NCBI GenBank assembly: GCA_944358675.1
Contig: CALVRN010000006.1
Coordinates: forward strand, 1-62,216
Length of the DNA: 62,216 nucleotides
Origin: an uncultured Bacilli bacterium
GTDB lineage: Bacteria > Bacillota_I > Bacilli_A > RF39 > UBA660
Direction of reading: 5' to 3'
The notes beneath the pieces are model-generated. The model searched no databases and was not told the origin of the DNA. It saw only the letters and a list, made by a program, of their open reading frames with translations. A program made the position numbers and the translations under genes. This document shows, piece after piece, positions 8,961 to 18,445 of the stretch; the stretch's first letter is position 1, and each line of letters starts with the position of its first letter.

Positions 8961-10439
8961 ATGAAAAAGGTAATTTCAAAACAAGTTATGAGAAATAGTG
9001 ATGAATATACAATAAAACATAAGAGTTCAGAACTAGAACTTATGGACAATGCCGCTAAAGCAGTACTAGAAAGTTATCAATTTAAAGGAAAAGTATTAAT
9101 TGTTGCCGGTACAGGAAACAATGCCGGAGATGGCTATGCATTAGCTTTACATTTATACAATAAACATATTGATGTAAATATATTATTGACTGAAGAAAAA
9201 TTTTCAAATTCAGGAAAATATTACTTTAATATTTGCAAGAATAAAGGAATAAAAACATTTGCTTATGATTCAAACTTTAATTTTCATAATTATGATATTT
9301 TAGTAGATGCCATATATGGAACTGGTTTTCATGGAGTGGTTTCAAATGAAACTTCCGAAATAATTGAAAAAATGAATAAATCAAATAAACCGATAATTAG
9401 TATTGATATTAATAGTGGTTTGGATTCAGATAATGGACTGGCCCAAACATGTATCCACTCTACATTAACTGTATCAATTGGTGAATTAAAACCAGGCCAT
9501 CTATTAAATATGGCAAAGGATAATATTGATAAATTAGTAAATAAAAACATAGGTATTGACATTGTTGGAGAAACTTACTATTTATTAGAAAAAAACGATT
9601 TCAAAAACTTTATACCACTAAGAAAACATTATAGTAACAAAGGAAGTTATGGATTAGTAGGAATCCTAGGTGGTTCAATAAAATATAGTGGTTCGGTAAA
9701 ACTTGCTAGTATGTCCTTCTCATCATTAACATCCGGAGCCGGTGTAGTTAGAATAATTGTTCCAAGTAGTATCGCTTCAAGCTTAATCAACTATACATTA
9801 GAACAGACAATATTTCCAATTAATGATAAAAATGGGGAAATGATCTTTGATAAAAATAAAATTGATGAATCATTAAAAAAAGTAAATGCTCTTTTGATTG
9901 GTATTGGATGGGATCAAAATGAAAATAATGAAAAAATTCTAAATTATATTTTAAATAATTATAATATTCCTATTGTAATAGATGCTGATGGATTAAATAT
10001 ATTATCTAAAACCCAAAACATAAAATCAAATCTCATCTTAACTCCACATCCAAAAGAATTTTCAAGATTAACTGGTATAAGCACTGAAGAAATTTTAAAT
10101 AATCCAATTAATATTGCCAAAGAATTTGCTAAAAAACATAACGTAATATTACTTTTAAAAGGAACAACAACTATAGTAACTAATGGCAAAGAAGTATACT
10201 TAATAGATAAAGGATGTCCAGGAATGGCTAAAGCGGGTAGTGGCGATGTACTATCAGGTATTTTAATCGGTCTTTTAGGTTATATAAAGCCAGACATAAA
10301 AACAGTTGCCTTTGCTGCATATATCAATGGTTTGGCCGGTGAAATGGCCGAAAATCACAAATCAAGTATTACAATGCTTGCCCACGATACTGTAAGTTAT
10401 CTAAAGCAAGCCATAAAACCTTTTATTCAAGAAGAGTAA
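8961..10439 (+). CDS. nnr: Bifunctional NAD(P)H-hydrate epimerase/dehydratase
   Basis: GTGNNAGDG, DAIYGTG, IDADGL, LTPHPKEF, AGSGDVLSG (YjeF N and C domains). Confidence 0.95.
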   Translation: MKKVISKQVMRNSDEYTIKHKSSELELMDNAAKAVLESYQFKGKVLIVAGTGNNAGDGYALALHLYNKHIDVNILLTEEKFSNSGKYYFNICKNKGIKTFAYDSNFNFHNYDILVDAIYGTGFHGVVSNETSEIIEKMNKSNKPIISIDINSGLDSDNGLAQTCIHSTLTVSIGELKPGHLLNMAKDNIDKLVNKNIGIDIVGETYYLLEKNDFKNFIPLRKHYSNKGSYGLVGILGGSIKYSGSVKLASMSFSSLTSGAGVVRIIVPSSIASSLINYTLEQTIFPINDKNGEMIFDKNKIDESLKKVNALLIGIGWDQNENNEKILNYILNNYNIPIVIDADGLNILSKTQNIKSNLILTPHPKEFSRLTGISTEEILNNPINIAKEFAKKHNVILLLKGTTTIVTNGKEVYLIDKGCPGMAKAGSGDVLSGILIGLLGYIKPDIKTVAFAAYINGLAGEMAENHKSSITMLAHDTVSYLKQAIKPFIQEE

Positions 10440-10541
10440 AAACAAGAAAAAATAAGTGTTTTCACCAAAATTTCATAACATAATATTGATTAAAAAATAG
10501 TAAATATGTTATTATATAAAAGGAAAGAAGAGGTACAGAAT

Positions 10542-11396
10542 ATGAATGAAAACAAAAGACTACTAATATTTTTTATTTCAATAGTTCTAGTAGTAGCAGT
10601 AATTTTAGTTATAGCCTTCTGGCCAGAACCTGATACTACATTTAGTTGTGGAGTAACTGCTGACAAAGATTACAGTAAATTAGGTAGTGTTAATTACAAA
10701 CAATATGAATGTTTAATGAAGGAAGATAATAAATTTGCGCTTGCTATTTCAGATGGTTTAAGTGATAAAGAAAAAGAAGCACTTAACAATGCCGCTGAAA
10801 AATTAAATGTGGGAATTTATTATATCAGTGATGAAGTATCTAACAGCGATTTAAAAAGCGTTGAAGAAGACTTAAAAAATGAAAACGTATCTTATGAAAA
10901 TGCAAGCTTAGTTGTCGTTGAAAATGGTAAAGTCACTGATGGGATTGACAAAAATTTAGAAGATGCTGACAAAATTTATGACTTTTTAGATAAAGCCGGT
11001 TTAGCTAAATTCGCATGTGATGTTGAAATAGATGAAGAATACACAAATCTTGCTAGATTAACATATGATCAATACGAATGTTTATATAATGGTGATAAAC
11101 CATTTGTCTTAATTATTACACAATCAACTTGTCATTACTGTGAACAATTCTTGCCAATAATGAACGAGTATGTTGGAGAAAATAATCTTCCTGCTTACAT
11201 TTTAGAAATTGATACTATGGATCAAGAAGATGTTCAAAAAATATTATCTTCATTAAGTTACTTCGATGATAATTCTGAATGGGGAACACCACTTACATTA
11301 GCTATCAAAGATAAAGAAGTAGTTACTGAACTTAGTGGTTACACTTCAGATACAGCACAAATTGAAAACCTATATAAAGAATTAGGATTAAAATAA
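10542..11396 (+). CDS. Membrane-anchored tandem thioredoxin-fold protein
   Basis: N-terminal TM helix, two repeated units, CHYC and WGTP motifs in the second; start set to ATG after GAGG RBS. Confidence 0.75.
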   Translation: MNENKRLLIFFISIVLVVAVILVIAFWPEPDTTFSCGVTADKDYSKLGSVNYKQYECLMKEDNKFALAISDGLSDKEKEALNNAAEKLNVGIYYISDEVSNSDLKSVEEDLKNENVSYENASLVVVENGKVTDGIDKNLEDADKIYDFLDKAGLAKFACDVEIDEEYTNLARLTYDQYECLYNGDKPFVLIITQSTCHYCEQFLPIMNEYVGENNLPAYILEIDTMDQEDVQKILSSLSYFDDNSEWGTPLTLAIKDKEVVTELSGYTSDTAQIENLYKELGLK

Positions 11397-11442
11397 TGGG
11401 CAATAGCTCATTATTTTTTCAAAAAAAAACACCATAAAGTGT

Positions 11443-11871
11443 TTACTTACAAGTATAATCATCATCTTCTAAAGATTTTTTAACCTCATCATAAGATGAC
11501 TTTTTATCAATTCCTAAACTATCTTTAGTTTCATCATCCATTTTATCATAATCGCCACTAAACTTAATAGAAATAACATCATCTTTTTTAGAAGTTTCGT
11601 ATTCTATACCATCTTTATTTTTATAGTCCTTAAATGGCTCTTCTAAACTTTCAAGCAAAACATCCGCATAATCGTTAAAATCATCATTAAGTTTAATAGA
11701 CATCTCTGCACTATATAATGTAATTTTATTATTACTAAACGAAAAACTTTGGCTCTCACTAATTTTTCCATAGTCAGTATCTTCTGTTTTTGTGCAGCTT
11801 AAACTCTGACTACTACATCCAGTTAAAACAAAAATTATAGAAAAAATAATTATAAATTTAAACTTTTTCAT
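11443..11871 (-). CDS. Lipoprotein (DUF1307/YehR-like)
   Basis: LTGC lipobox, C-terminal YTCK. Confidence 0.7.
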   Translation of the reverse strand: MKKFKFIIIFSIIFVLTGCSSQSLSCTKTEDTDYGKISESQSFSFSNNKITLYSAEMSIKLNDDFNDYADVLLESLEEPFKDYKNKDGIEYETSKKDDVISIKFSGDYDKMDDETKDSLGIDKKSSYDEVKKSLEDDDYTCK

Positions 11872-11913
11872 TTAATCACCCTAAATAAAGTATAACTATT
11901 ATTTTCAGATTAA

Positions 11914-12255
11914 TCAATGATTTTGGGTAAAATATAATTTAATTTCAACTAAATTTGTATCAATATATTTATTTTCAATTCCATAATCAAAAATATTTTT
12001 TAAAATATTCATAATCATTTTTATATAACTTTGGCTGTATAAATGACCATTATAAGTTTTCTTTTTTAAATACACATAAAAATAATCAATATCATTACTA
12101 GTTAAATCACGAATATTTTTGTGCCCTAGCATCTCCCTAATAAATTTATTGTATATTCTATCGTAAACATTTTTATTTTTGTGATTAATTATCATCTTTT
12201 GATATACCTTATTTAAAGTCATATTATCATCTGTAATGGTAAATATTTTTAACAT
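11914..12255 (-). CDS. Stand-alone integrase core-binding (SAM-like) domain protein
   Basis: LGHKNIRDLTSNDIDYFY...YSQSYIKMIMNILKNIFDYGIENKYIDTN; AGGAG RBS; no catalytic domain. Confidence 0.7.
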   Translation of the reverse strand: MLKIFTITDDNMTLNKVYQKMIINHKNKNVYDRIYNKFIREMLGHKNIRDLTSNDIDYFYVYLKKKTYNGHLYSQSYIKMIMNILKNIFDYGIENKYIDTNLVEIKLYFTQNH

Positions 12256-12355
12256 CTAACTACTCCTTTTACTGCATGATTTGAAAAATGTCCATCCTTC
12301 AATACAATAAAATTATAAACCTTTATTTTTCTTTTTCGTTAGCACATAACAAAAA

Positions 12356-12388
12356 AATTACATGAAACCTCAAAATAATTACATGAAA
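12356..12388 (-). promoter_or_regulatory. Perfect 12-bp direct repeat with 21-bp period, candidate LytTR binding site
   Basis: AATTACATGAAA at 12356-12367 and 12377-12388; TATAAT on minus strand at 12312-12317. Confidence 0.55.
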
Positions 12389-13110
12389 TGAATTTGAGTT
12401 TGTTGTAACCTTATTTTTTTAACAAAACTATCAGAAAGTAAATCAATTAAAGTTCCATCTTTAAACTTAATAACTTTAATTACTGTATCAATATATATTA
12501 CTTGTTCATGATTAATAATACAACTTCTATGAGAATACTCAAACCTATAATCTAAAATCTGCTTTAATTTCTTTAAAGTAATTCTAACCTCTGTAGTTCC
12601 ATCCAAAGTATGAATAATACTTCTTCTTCGCTTACCATCAGCTTCAATATAAGTAATATGCCTCATATCAAAAGTATATATAATTCCCTGATCCTTAAAC
12701 CTAATCACATTTTTTTGAAACCCAAGTTTAAAAATATTTTTAAGTTTCTTTAATAATTCCTCACGATAATTCTTCCTTTTAGAAATATAACCGATAAACA
12801 TCGTATCACTAAAAGCCACCTGCTTGATATATTTAACTGTATAAGAACTTATAAATATCAAAAATGAATTTAAATCTCTACTTCTAATCTTTCTCGCAAT
12901 ATCAATACCATTCCCACTGGGTGTTTCAATATCTAATATATATACCTTATTATCTAATTCCTTATGCATTATCTCATAAAAATTATTATCATAACTTTTA
13001 AAAACATGTATTTTAAAATTAAATTTTTTACTTAAACAAAAGTTACTGACAACATTATAAATTTCCATTAAAAAAAATTCATTGTCATCACAGATGATAA
13101 AATTAATCAT
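12379..13110 (-). CDS. LytTR-family response regulator (AgrA-like), no adjacent kinase
   Basis: ICDD, ILDIETP receiver motifs; SHRSCIIN LytTR motif. Confidence 0.9.
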   Translation of the reverse strand: MINFIICDDNEFFLMEIYNVVSNFCLSKKFNFKIHVFKSYDNNFYEIMHKELDNKVYILDIETPSGNGIDIARKIRSRDLNSFLIFISSYTVKYIKQVAFSDTMFIGYISKRKNYREELLKKLKNIFKLGFQKNVIRFKDQGIIYTFDMRHITYIEADGKRRRSIIHTLDGTTEVRITLKKLKQILDYRFEYSHRSCIINHEQVIYIDTVIKVIKFKDGTLIDLLSDSFVKKIRLQQTQIHFM

Positions 13111-13232
13111 ATACTTCGCCCCATACTATACTTTTTTAATATAACAATAATTATTAAATAAAGCAACATAAAAACATAAGTGAATAGTTATATGTTTTAA
13201 AAACATATTATTTTTCATATATTGAAATATAG

Positions 13233-14015
13233 GTGATAAATATGGATACAAAATTAACCTTCAATTTAAACAAATTATATATTATAGCTGATTTTGATCA
13301 CACATTAACAACTAAAGAAAGTCAAAACTGTTGGGGTATTCTATCAAACATTCCCGATATCTCAACAGAGTATATTAAAAAAAGTAGCTCCAACAATAAT
13401 TATTATTTTCCAATCGAACAAGATGATAAATTAGATTATAAAATTAAAAATAAAATGATGAAAGAGTGGTATCAAAAACACACTGAGTTATTAATTAAAT
13501 ATAATTTAAAAGAAGATGACATCAGTGAAATTGGTAAAAGTCATGAAATTATTTTAAGAAAAGGAGTTATAGAATTTTTAAAATTCACAAATAAAAAAAA
13601 CATTCCTGTCATAATAATATCCGCTGGTATATCTAATATAATTGAAAGTGTTTTAAAAAGAAATAATTGCTTTTACAGTAATGTATATGTAATATCAAAT
13701 ATCTTTAAATTTAAAAATGGTAAATTAAAGTCCTTAAGAAATAGTATAATTCATTCTTTAAACAAAAATAAGGTAGAAATACCTCCTAAAATTAAAGAAA
13801 TTATAAAAGATAAAGATGAAGTAATTATAATTGGTGATAATATAGGAGATACTTTAATGAAATTAAAAGATAATAAAAAAACATTTAAAATAGGATTTTT
13901 AAATTATAATAATAAAGATAGACTTAGTAATTTTAAACAATATTTTGATATTGTATATAAAAAAGATGATTCATTTTTAAAAATTAAAGACTTGATTGAT
14001 AAAAATTCATTATAA
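13233..14015 (+). CDS. HAD-family pyrimidine 5'-nucleotidase (cN-III/UMPH-1-like)
   Basis: IADFDHTLT, MKEWY, IISAG, IIHSLNK, IIGDNIGD, KIGFLN. Confidence 0.85.
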   Translation: MINMDTKLTFNLNKLYIIADFDHTLTTKESQNCWGILSNIPDISTEYIKKSSSNNNYYFPIEQDDKLDYKIKNKMMKEWYQKHTELLIKYNLKEDDISEIGKSHEIILRKGVIEFLKFTNKKNIPVIIISAGISNIIESVLKRNNCFYSNVYVISNIFKFKNGKLKSLRNSIIHSLNKNKVEIPPKIKEIIKDKDEVIIIGDNIGDTLMKLKDNKKTFKIGFLNYNNKDRLSNFKQYFDIVYKKDDSFLKIKDLIDKNSL

Positions 14016-14036
14016 ATAAGGTATAATTATTTTAAG

Positions 14037-14450
14037 GTGATATTAATGAAAGTACTAACAATCAAAGAACCATATGCGACATTTATAATGAATAATCTAA
14101 AACAAATAGAAACACGTAGTTGGAAAACAAATTATAGAGGAGAAATATATATACATGCTGGAAAATCCAAACAATTTATAAAAAATATACATAGTGAAAA
14201 AGTAATTTCTTTAATGAATAAGTATGACATGAATTATGGTAAAATAATTTGTAAAGCAAAGTTGGTTGATTGCGTATATATGACAGAAGAATTTATAAAT
14301 AAGATAAAAAAAGAAAAAACTGAAGAATTTGAACTAGGTATATATCAAGTTGGAAGATATGCTTGGATTTTAAAAGATATAGAAAAAATAAATCCTAGTA
14401 TAGAAGCAAAAGGAAAATTAAATATATGGACTTATAATGAATTAACGTAA
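14037..14450 (+). CDS. ASCH domain protein
   Basis: LTIKEPYA...KQIETRSWKTNYRGEIYIHAGK...KGKLNIW. Confidence 0.9.
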   Translation: MILMKVLTIKEPYATFIMNNLKQIETRSWKTNYRGEIYIHAGKSKQFIKNIHSEKVISLMNKYDMNYGKIICKAKLVDCVYMTEEFINKIKKEKTEEFELGIYQVGRYAWILKDIEKINPSIEAKGKLNIWTYNELT

Positions 14451-14469
14451 TATGAGGAGTATGATTTAA

Positions 14470-15548
14470 ATGAAACTAGTAAATCCAACAGTTAAATATA
14501 AAAATTCATATCTAAAATTAATTGAGTGTGCCAAAGAAAAAGGCGATATAAATGAAATGGGTAATGCTTATAGAGAAAATGAAAACTTTGATACAATGAT
14601 TAAACGCTTGAAAGATCGAGCCAAAGGAAAGAATATATCTAAACTTGATGTACCATCATCTATGAAGTGGATAATTGAAAAAGATGAGGTTTTAGGTACA
14701 ATAGATTTGAGACATGTATTAAATAAAAACTATTTTGAAAGACTTGGACACATCGCATACTATATTCATCCATTAAAGAGAAATAATGGTTATGCTACAA
14801 AAGCATTAAGTCTTGCTATAAAGTGGTATAAAAAAAGACCAATTAATAAAATATTAATTACTTGTTACAGTGATAATGAGGCATCAAAAAAAGTTATTTT
14901 AAAAAACGGTGGGCAATTTAAAAAAATGTTCTAGATAAAATCAGCAATAAAACAATCAGTCGTTATCTAATCAACGTTAGCAATTCAAATCTATATGTAT
15001 ATCATGGAAGCACACAAAAAGGACTTAAAAAAATAGTAAAAAATAAAAGCACGCATGGAGAAAGTTGGGTATATGCATCTTATTCCAAAGTGATTGCTAC
15101 TATTTTCATAAGTAATAAAGGTAATGATTTATATTATTATTTAAGTGGTAATGGAACTATAAATAGCCCCATAATTTTAGTAGAAAGAAAAGAAGGAATG
15201 TTTAAAGACATTTTTAATATTTCTGGATCGTTGTATACATTAAGTGCCAAAAATTTTTCTTCAGAAAAAACTCAATGGTCTGGGGAAGTAGTTAGTTCAT
15301 TTGATGAAAAAGTCATTCATGAGGAGTCTATCAATAATGTTTTGGCCAAACTTAAAACTTTAAATGAAATGGGAGAATTAGAATTGTATTTATATCCGAA
15401 CAGGCCTGATTTTATTCCTAAAGATAATAGAGATTTAATACCGAAAGTTATAAAATGGGAAAAAAGAGGAGTAAACATCGAACCATTTTTTAAATTGTAT
15501 CCAGAGCTAAAAGAGCAATATTTAAAACAAAAAGAAGATGAGAAATAA
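14470..15548 (+). pseudogene. GNAT acetyltransferase fused to an ADP-ribosyltransferase-like domain, split by a frameshift in the A7 run at 14920-14926
   Basis: Adding one A gives a continuous 359-aa frame GGQFKKNVLDKISNKTISRYLINVSNSNLYVYHGSTQKGLKK...WVYAS joining both ORFs. Confidence 0.75.
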
Positions 15549-15945
15549 ACTCATCTTCGTTATTTTTTACTTTCCTCTCGTTCTTTTCTTTTTTTCTATT
15601 TTCTTCCCTTAATTTTTTGACATAATTTATATGATTTTCCCTTTTTAATTCAAAAAATATAGGATCAAACAAATTATTTAAATCAAACAAATCTTCATAT
15701 TTCTGATCTAAATAATTTAAATCTTTATCTACCTCATCAAGGAACTCATTTGTAATATCTCTGTCATCGTTCAATATATTATTTATTTGTCGAATTAAAT
15801 CACAAATTAAAATATTATCATTGCTATATTGTTTGTCGTCTTTTATACTATTTAATATTTTTATCATTTTATTTAAATAATTTTTTATAATGTTAACCAC
15901 CACCTTACAATTAAGTAATTTTATATATCTAAATGTTAAATGCAT
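15490..15945 (-). CDS. Hypothetical protein (true start probably downstream of 15945)
   Basis: Only long ORF in the interval; GGGTGG RBS-like sequence near 15900; 3' end overlaps the convergent gene. Confidence 0.5.
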   Translation of the reverse strand: MHLTFRYIKLLNCKVVVNIIKNYLNKMIKILNSIKDDKQYSNDNILICDLIRQINNILNDDRDITNEFLDEVDKDLNYLDQKYEDLFDLNNLFDPIFFELKRENHINYVKKLREENRKKEKNERKVKNNEDEFISHLLFVLNIALLALDTI

Positions 15946-16080
15946 TTATAATAGTAAATAATAAGAACTACATAATTTATAAAATTAAAGCAAATGTTAT
16001 AAAAATATATAATTCCAGTTTTGTTTCGTGTTCAAATAAGTAAAAAAAATTTAAAATTAAAGTAAGAAAGGAGTATAAAA

Positions 16081-16824
16081 ATGGATCAAGAAAAAATAGG
16101 AAAATTTATTGCAGAATGTAGAAAGTCTAAAAAACTTACACAAGCCGAATTAAGTGAAAAATTAGGAGTAAGTGATCGTTCTATTTCAAATTGGGAAAAT
16201 GGAAAATGTATGCCCGATTTATCATTGTTTGGAGATTTATGCAAAGAACTTGATATTACAGTAAATGAATTATTAAGTGGAGAAAAAATAAAAAAAGAAG
16301 AGTATCAAGGTAAATTAGAAGAAAATATTATAAAAGTTGTAGCCACAGTAGAACAAAAAAATAAAAAAAACAATAGATTAAAACTCATTTTAATTTCATT
16401 TATTAGCTTGGTATGTTTATTTGTTCTTCTTGTTATATTTTCTAATACAGTATATTTTAGCCAAAAATATGATAAAGAAAATATGTATATTGAGAAAACA
16501 GATAATGGAATACGATTTACTGCTAAAAATAATTGCGCTTTATATAGTGGTAATGTAAAACATATTATAACTTCATTAAATAAAGAAAATATCATTTTTG
16601 TAAATGTTAAATGTAATATTAATGATATTTATCTATTATCTAAAGAACACAGCAAAGAAATAAATTTAAACAGTGATAGTTATCGATATGATAACATAGA
16701 TATATCTTCTTTAAAATCTTATAAAATATATTATACAACTTATTCTCTTGATAAAATATATAAAACAAGCAATAAAAAGTTAGAAGAAATAATAAAAAGT
16801 TCAACACTTATATATAAGGCTTAA
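16081..16824 (+). CDS. XRE HTH regulator with transmembrane helix and extracellular domain
   Basis: MDQEKIGKFIAECRKSKKLTQAELSEKLGVSDRSISNWENGKCMPD then hydrophobic segment. Confidence 0.9.
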   Translation: MDQEKIGKFIAECRKSKKLTQAELSEKLGVSDRSISNWENGKCMPDLSLFGDLCKELDITVNELLSGEKIKKEEYQGKLEENIIKVVATVEQKNKKNNRLKLILISFISLVCLFVLLVIFSNTVYFSQKYDKENMYIEKTDNGIRFTAKNNCALYSGNVKHIITSLNKENIIFVNVKCNINDIYLLSKEHSKEINLNSDSYRYDNIDISSLKSYKIYYTTYSLDKIYKTSNKKLEEIIKSSTLIYKA

Positions 16825-16833
16825 TTAGAATGT

Positions 16834-16867
16834 ACCCCCTAAATTTATAAAGGGGGTTTTATTTTTT
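16834..16867 (+). terminator. Rho-independent terminator
   Basis: ACCCCCT...AGGGGGT followed by T-tract. Confidence 0.7.
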
Positions 16868-16925
16868 ACAAAAAATGATATTACAAAATAAAAAACTGTT
16901 GAAAATCAACAGTTAAATACAAAAA

Positions 16926-17002
16926 TGGTGGAGAATAGGAGACTCGAACTCCTGACCCCCTGCGTGCAAAGCAGGTGCTCTAGCCAACTGAGCTAATTCC
17001 CC
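16926..17002 (-). tRNA. tRNA-Ala(TGC)
   Basis: GGGGAATTAGCTCAGTTGGCTAGAGCACCTGCTTTGCACGCAGGGGGTCAGGAGTTCGAGTCTCCTATTCTCCACCA; G3:U70 pair, encoded CCA, terminator AACTGTTGA/TCAACAGTT downstream. Confidence 0.98.
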
Positions 17003-17094
17003 ATCAGACAAATTACTCATTAAGTATACCATTAAATTCTATGAAAAGTCAATATATTTTATTCTTTTTATGAAAAAAAGGTGATAAATTCATA

Positions 17095-18210
17095 TCATCC
17101 GTATTGTTCTTTTAATTTGTTCTTACATTTAATAGCTAATAATAACAGTATAATTAGAATTACTAATAGAAAATAATAGTATATATTTTCATTGCTAGTT
17201 TTCTTATTTATAGGTTTGTTTTTAACATTAACAATTTTCCCAGATTGAGTAGGAATATTATTTTTAGAACTACTACTTACACTTTCTTTAATTTTATTAT
17301 CAGTATTACTAGGTTCATTATTAGTTTTAACAATTTCATTTGTTTCAGGTTTAGTCTGAATATCTTCACTTACCTTATTATTCACTAAAACTAATTCATT
17401 AGTATTTGAATCAATAGTATTGTTAATTAAAACATCGATGAAATCATCTTCATCTTTATAAATATAATCTTCAAAAGGTTCCGTTAAATATTCATCATAA
17501 TATTCACGAACTAATTTATATGATTGATATTTATAATCTTGATATTGATAAAGTTTTACAGGACCTTTATAAATTAAATCATCTAATTCATTAAGTGTAT
17601 AAATATCTTCATAAGCATTCTCTTTAATATTACCGTAAGTTCCAGGTACCTTGATATTTTTAGAAAGAGTACTTATTGCAATTTCACTAATAACCTGATC
17701 ATTATACTTAAAACATATATAAAACGTCTGTATATCCTTATCATTACCTGGATTGGCCTTTATAGTTAAATCACGAAAATCATATAATTTATTTAATTCA
17801 TATGTATTAGTAGAACCACCATTTATAGTTGTCGCATCCTTGTTACTATAATAAACTTCACCATCAGAACTTTCAATACTAACATTCTTTAAAGCATAAC
17901 CTTCACTAACCTTAATTTCAACCTTGTTGGCCTTAAGTAACCTTGCATAATGAAAACCGTCATATTCATAAATTTTTCTTCCTTCTTTTTCCTCTGGTTT
18001 ATCAATAGAAAGTTCGCTCAAAGCTTCTTCAATATAACTTTCCTCATCAATTAAAGGATATTCCTCGTTTTCTTCCGTTTTTAAAACAAATGGGCCCTCA
18101 ACCTTTTCTAGTCGGTAGTACTTATACTTTCTAATTGTATTTTCATTTTCTAAACCTTTAACCGGAATGACCAACATAAACATAAAAACAAATAATAAAA
18201 ACTTTTTCAT
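17095..18210 (-). CDS. Surface protein with signal peptide and C-terminal membrane anchor
   Basis: N-terminal signal peptide, N/S/T-rich stalk, C-terminal TM helix with basic tail. Confidence 0.8.
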   Translation of the reverse strand: MKKFLLFVFMFMLVIPVKGLENENTIRKYKYYRLEKVEGPFVLKTEENEEYPLIDEESYIEEALSELSIDKPEEKEGRKIYEYDGFHYARLLKANKVEIKVSEGYALKNVSIESSDGEVYYSNKDATTINGGSTNTYELNKLYDFRDLTIKANPGNDKDIQTFYICFKYNDQVISEIAISTLSKNIKVPGTYGNIKENAYEDIYTLNELDDLIYKGPVKLYQYQDYKYQSYKLVREYYDEYLTEPFEDYIYKDEDDFIDVLINNTIDSNTNELVLVNNKVSEDIQTKPETNEIVKTNNEPSNTDNKIKESVSSSSKNNIPTQSGKIVNVKNKPINKKTSNENIYYYFLLVILIILLLLAIKCKNKLKEQYG

Positions 18211-18445
18211 ATATCTCCTTTCTAGCCCCTTCTATAGATAAACATACGACGTCAAATATCAAAATTCCTTCTTTTTTTCGTAATTTTTTCATTTTTTCAT
18301 AAAAAACTTAATATAATTGTGAAAAAATATGTAAATTTATAAATAGATAATAAAAAAATATACTAAAGTGATATAATTTAAGTGATTACTTTGTATATTA
18401 AGGTGAAATATGCTATAATAACAAACATTCAAAGGAGACAGAAAC

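Noticed and set aside
12269-12295. 8-codon ORF MDIFQIMQ as a signalling peptide for the LytTR regulator
   Set aside because: RBS-like GAAGG abuts the ATG with no spacing; no AgrD or ComC features; no processing genes nearby
11914-16925. Integrated element at tRNA-Ala
   Set aside because: No duplicated tRNA-Ala 3' end found by eye and no catalytic integrase; treated only as an accessory patch
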